DNA of 64,000 bases from Phoronis australis (taxonomy: Eukaryota > Animalia > Phoronida), in assembly GCA_002633005.1 (NCBI GenBank), contig NMRA01001037.1:1-64000 (forward strand). Direction: 5' to 3'. Of the stretch, positions 61,801-64,000 are shown in pieces. Both the position numbers and the translations under genes were made by a program. Each line of letters opens with the position of its first letter. Positions within the stretch are counted from its first letter, which is position 1. The notes beneath the pieces are model-generated. The model did no database searches and was not told where the DNA came from. It was given only the letters and a program-made list of their open reading frames with translations.

Positions 61801-64000
61801 TAAAAGGTAAATGGAGATCATGTCACAAATTGTGAAAATTGAATGAGCCCATCAAAAAGACTTTAAATGCAGGTCATAGTATCATGTAGCCTGAGCATCA
61901 CAAAGGGTCTACTTGACTTGTGTACACTATTGGTTATCAGGGTGGTCTTAACACTCCAAGAGTATGAATGGAAATTTAAATGGTAGAATGAATCATGGAG
62001 TGAAGATATAGTGCATCAATGTCGTCGCATTCCATGAAGTATGACAATTGAATGAGTCTGTAGAGTGTCATGAAATGAACAGAGAAATAAATAACCTGTA
62101 AAATTTCAGAAATAAGGAAGTGGAACTTGGTGAACTAATGAATCCCTAATCTGCCATGATAAAGAACCCATGATAGGCAAACAAATCAATGGGGTCCTGA
62201 AGTATCGGCAAGTGAATGAAATATAGGGAAAGTCTTTGAATTCATGAATCTTCAAAATTTGTTGAATGAACAAATCTATGAGCAGTAATCAAATAATCTC
62301 TGTGTGGAATGGAACTATAAAGGGAATATATTTATGTAACTGGATATCGTGAAGTGTGATGAAATGACAATCCATTAAAAGGGAAGAAATTGTTAGTTGT
62401 GTGTAAAGCCACGAATTAAGCATTCATGCAACAGTACAACAATATCTGGTGAATTGATGATTCTTCAAAATATCACAAATCAACAATGAAATGGTACAGT
62501 AAAATAAACAAAGGCTTAGTACAAAATGCAGAATCCCGAGTTAATGTGAGATTACGGTAATCAAAAGTCCTAGTCAAATGTGTCATGCCAATGCTAAATA
62601 TGTCTGGAATTAAAAATAGGGACGTCTGATTGAACCCATCAAATGCATTGACTTTTTGAATCCTGAAAATTTCCAGAATGAACAATTTCGAGAAAGGTAA
62701 CTAATGTTACATAGAAAGTAAATTCGAACTACATTAAATAAACAAGTGAAAAAAGGAAGGTAGGGATGGTGAATGAGCTGAAGCCAACAAATTGAATAGC
62801 TAGCTGACTTTAAATTCAGCCCAACGGAACAAGTTGATCACACATGGCTATCAAAGCCTTCTTTACTTCAGTATTTTTCAAAGTAACTGACAGACACAGC
62901 TCTGGCTAAGACAAAAGTTTGTTCACCATCCTGCGGCTTAAGGGCAATGCAGCATTTTTTCAATATTCAACATTCACTTATTGCATTCTGCTTAAAGAAG
63001 TCATCTGTTAGCATTTGATTCGGTTTACAGTTATTTTATGCTGCATCAAGTGGTGGTTCCTATTTTCACAAACTGTAAAATTATAGAATTGTTATTACAT
63101 ACTATTATCGTGTTAATAGTCAAACGTGTTGCACTGATGTTAAAGGTTAATGGAATTAAAAACAGGGACAACTGATTGAACCCATCAAATACACTGAATT
63201 ACTGAATTCTGAAAACTTCCAGAATGAAGGATTTTATGAACAGTAACAAATTAATACTGCTGTTGTACTAGTTCAAGAAACATGACAAGTATAAAAGGTA
63301 AAAGGAGATCATGTCACAAATTGTGAAAATTGAATGAGCCCATAAAAAAGACTTTAAATGCAGCTCATAGTATCATGTAGCCTGAGCATCACAAAGGGTG
63401 TACTTGACTTGTGTACACTATTGGTTATCAGGATGCTCTTAACACCCCTGAGAATGAACGGAAATTTAAATGGTAGAATGAATCATGGAGTGAAGAAATA
63501 GTGCATTCAGTGTCGTCGCATTCCATGAACTATGACAATTGAATGAGTCTGTAGAGTGTCATAAAATGAACAGAGAAATAAATAAACTGTGAAATTTCAA
63601 AACTAACGAAGTTTGGTAAAGAACCCATGATGTGCAAAAAATCAATGGTGTACAGGCAAGAGAATGATATTGTGAAATCTCTTTGAATTTATGAATCTTC
63701 AAGATGTGTTGAATGAACTAATTTATGAGCAGTAATCGAATAATCGCTGTGTAGAAAGGAACTATCAAGGGACTATATTTATCTAATTGGATGCCGTGAA
63801 TGAAGTGTGGTGAATTGCCAAATCATTAAAAGGTGAGAAATTGTTGGTTCTGTATTAAGCAGCGAGTTAAGCATTCGTGCAACAGTACAATAATATCTGG
63901 CGAATTGTTGAATCTTCAAAATATCACAAATCAACAAATCAACAATGAAATGGTACAGTAAAATAAACAAAGGCTTACTACAAAATGCAGTATCACGAGT
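58841..64000. repeat. Macrosatellite, ~1.47-kb unit, alternating A/B variants, runs off the window
   Basis: Unit starts at 58841, 60331, 61778 and 63269 (periods 1490, 1447, 1491). Confidence 0.93.

Noticed and set aside
59168-63970. Recurrent 70-aa minus-strand ORFs in the macrosatellite
   Set aside because: They recur only because the unit repeats; no splice or domain support, and neighbouring frames are full of stops.

Overview
This is eukaryotic (animal, probably marine invertebrate) genomic DNA that is AT-rich, intron-rich and transposon-rich, with assembly gaps. Real genes are on the minus strand and were rebuilt by hand from GT-AG boundaries. Three tandem 4-exon MFS transporter paralogs of the MFSD4/NaGLT1 (fucose:H+ symporter-like) type lie at <1-6925 (partial), 11372-22483 and 26680-34085. 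A complete 6-exon methylmalonyl-CoA epimerase (MCEE, 175 aa) lies at 37604-47460 and is almost invisible in the ORF track. Mobile DNA includes a full-length decayed Ty3/Gypsy (Mag-like) element with LTRs, PBS, PPT and TSD, a second truncated Gypsy inside an MCEE intron, and a Gypsy RT relic. There is also a THAP-domain TIR element (ISL2EU-like), a Penelope/Naiad-like fragment with a degenerate hammerhead, LINE relics and several MITE families, two of them with unusual 5-bp TSDs. Notable repeats are a 23-bp minisatellite built from an MCEE splice donor, a ~1.85-kb foldback with twin central hairpins, and a ~1.47-kb macrosatellite with ABAB higher-order structure. Two tandem duplications joined by a single N are probably assembly artefacts. 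I see no clearly new multi-gene system. The best leads are the splice-donor minisatellite, the twin-hairpin foldback, the higher-order macrosatellite and the diverged transporter array.
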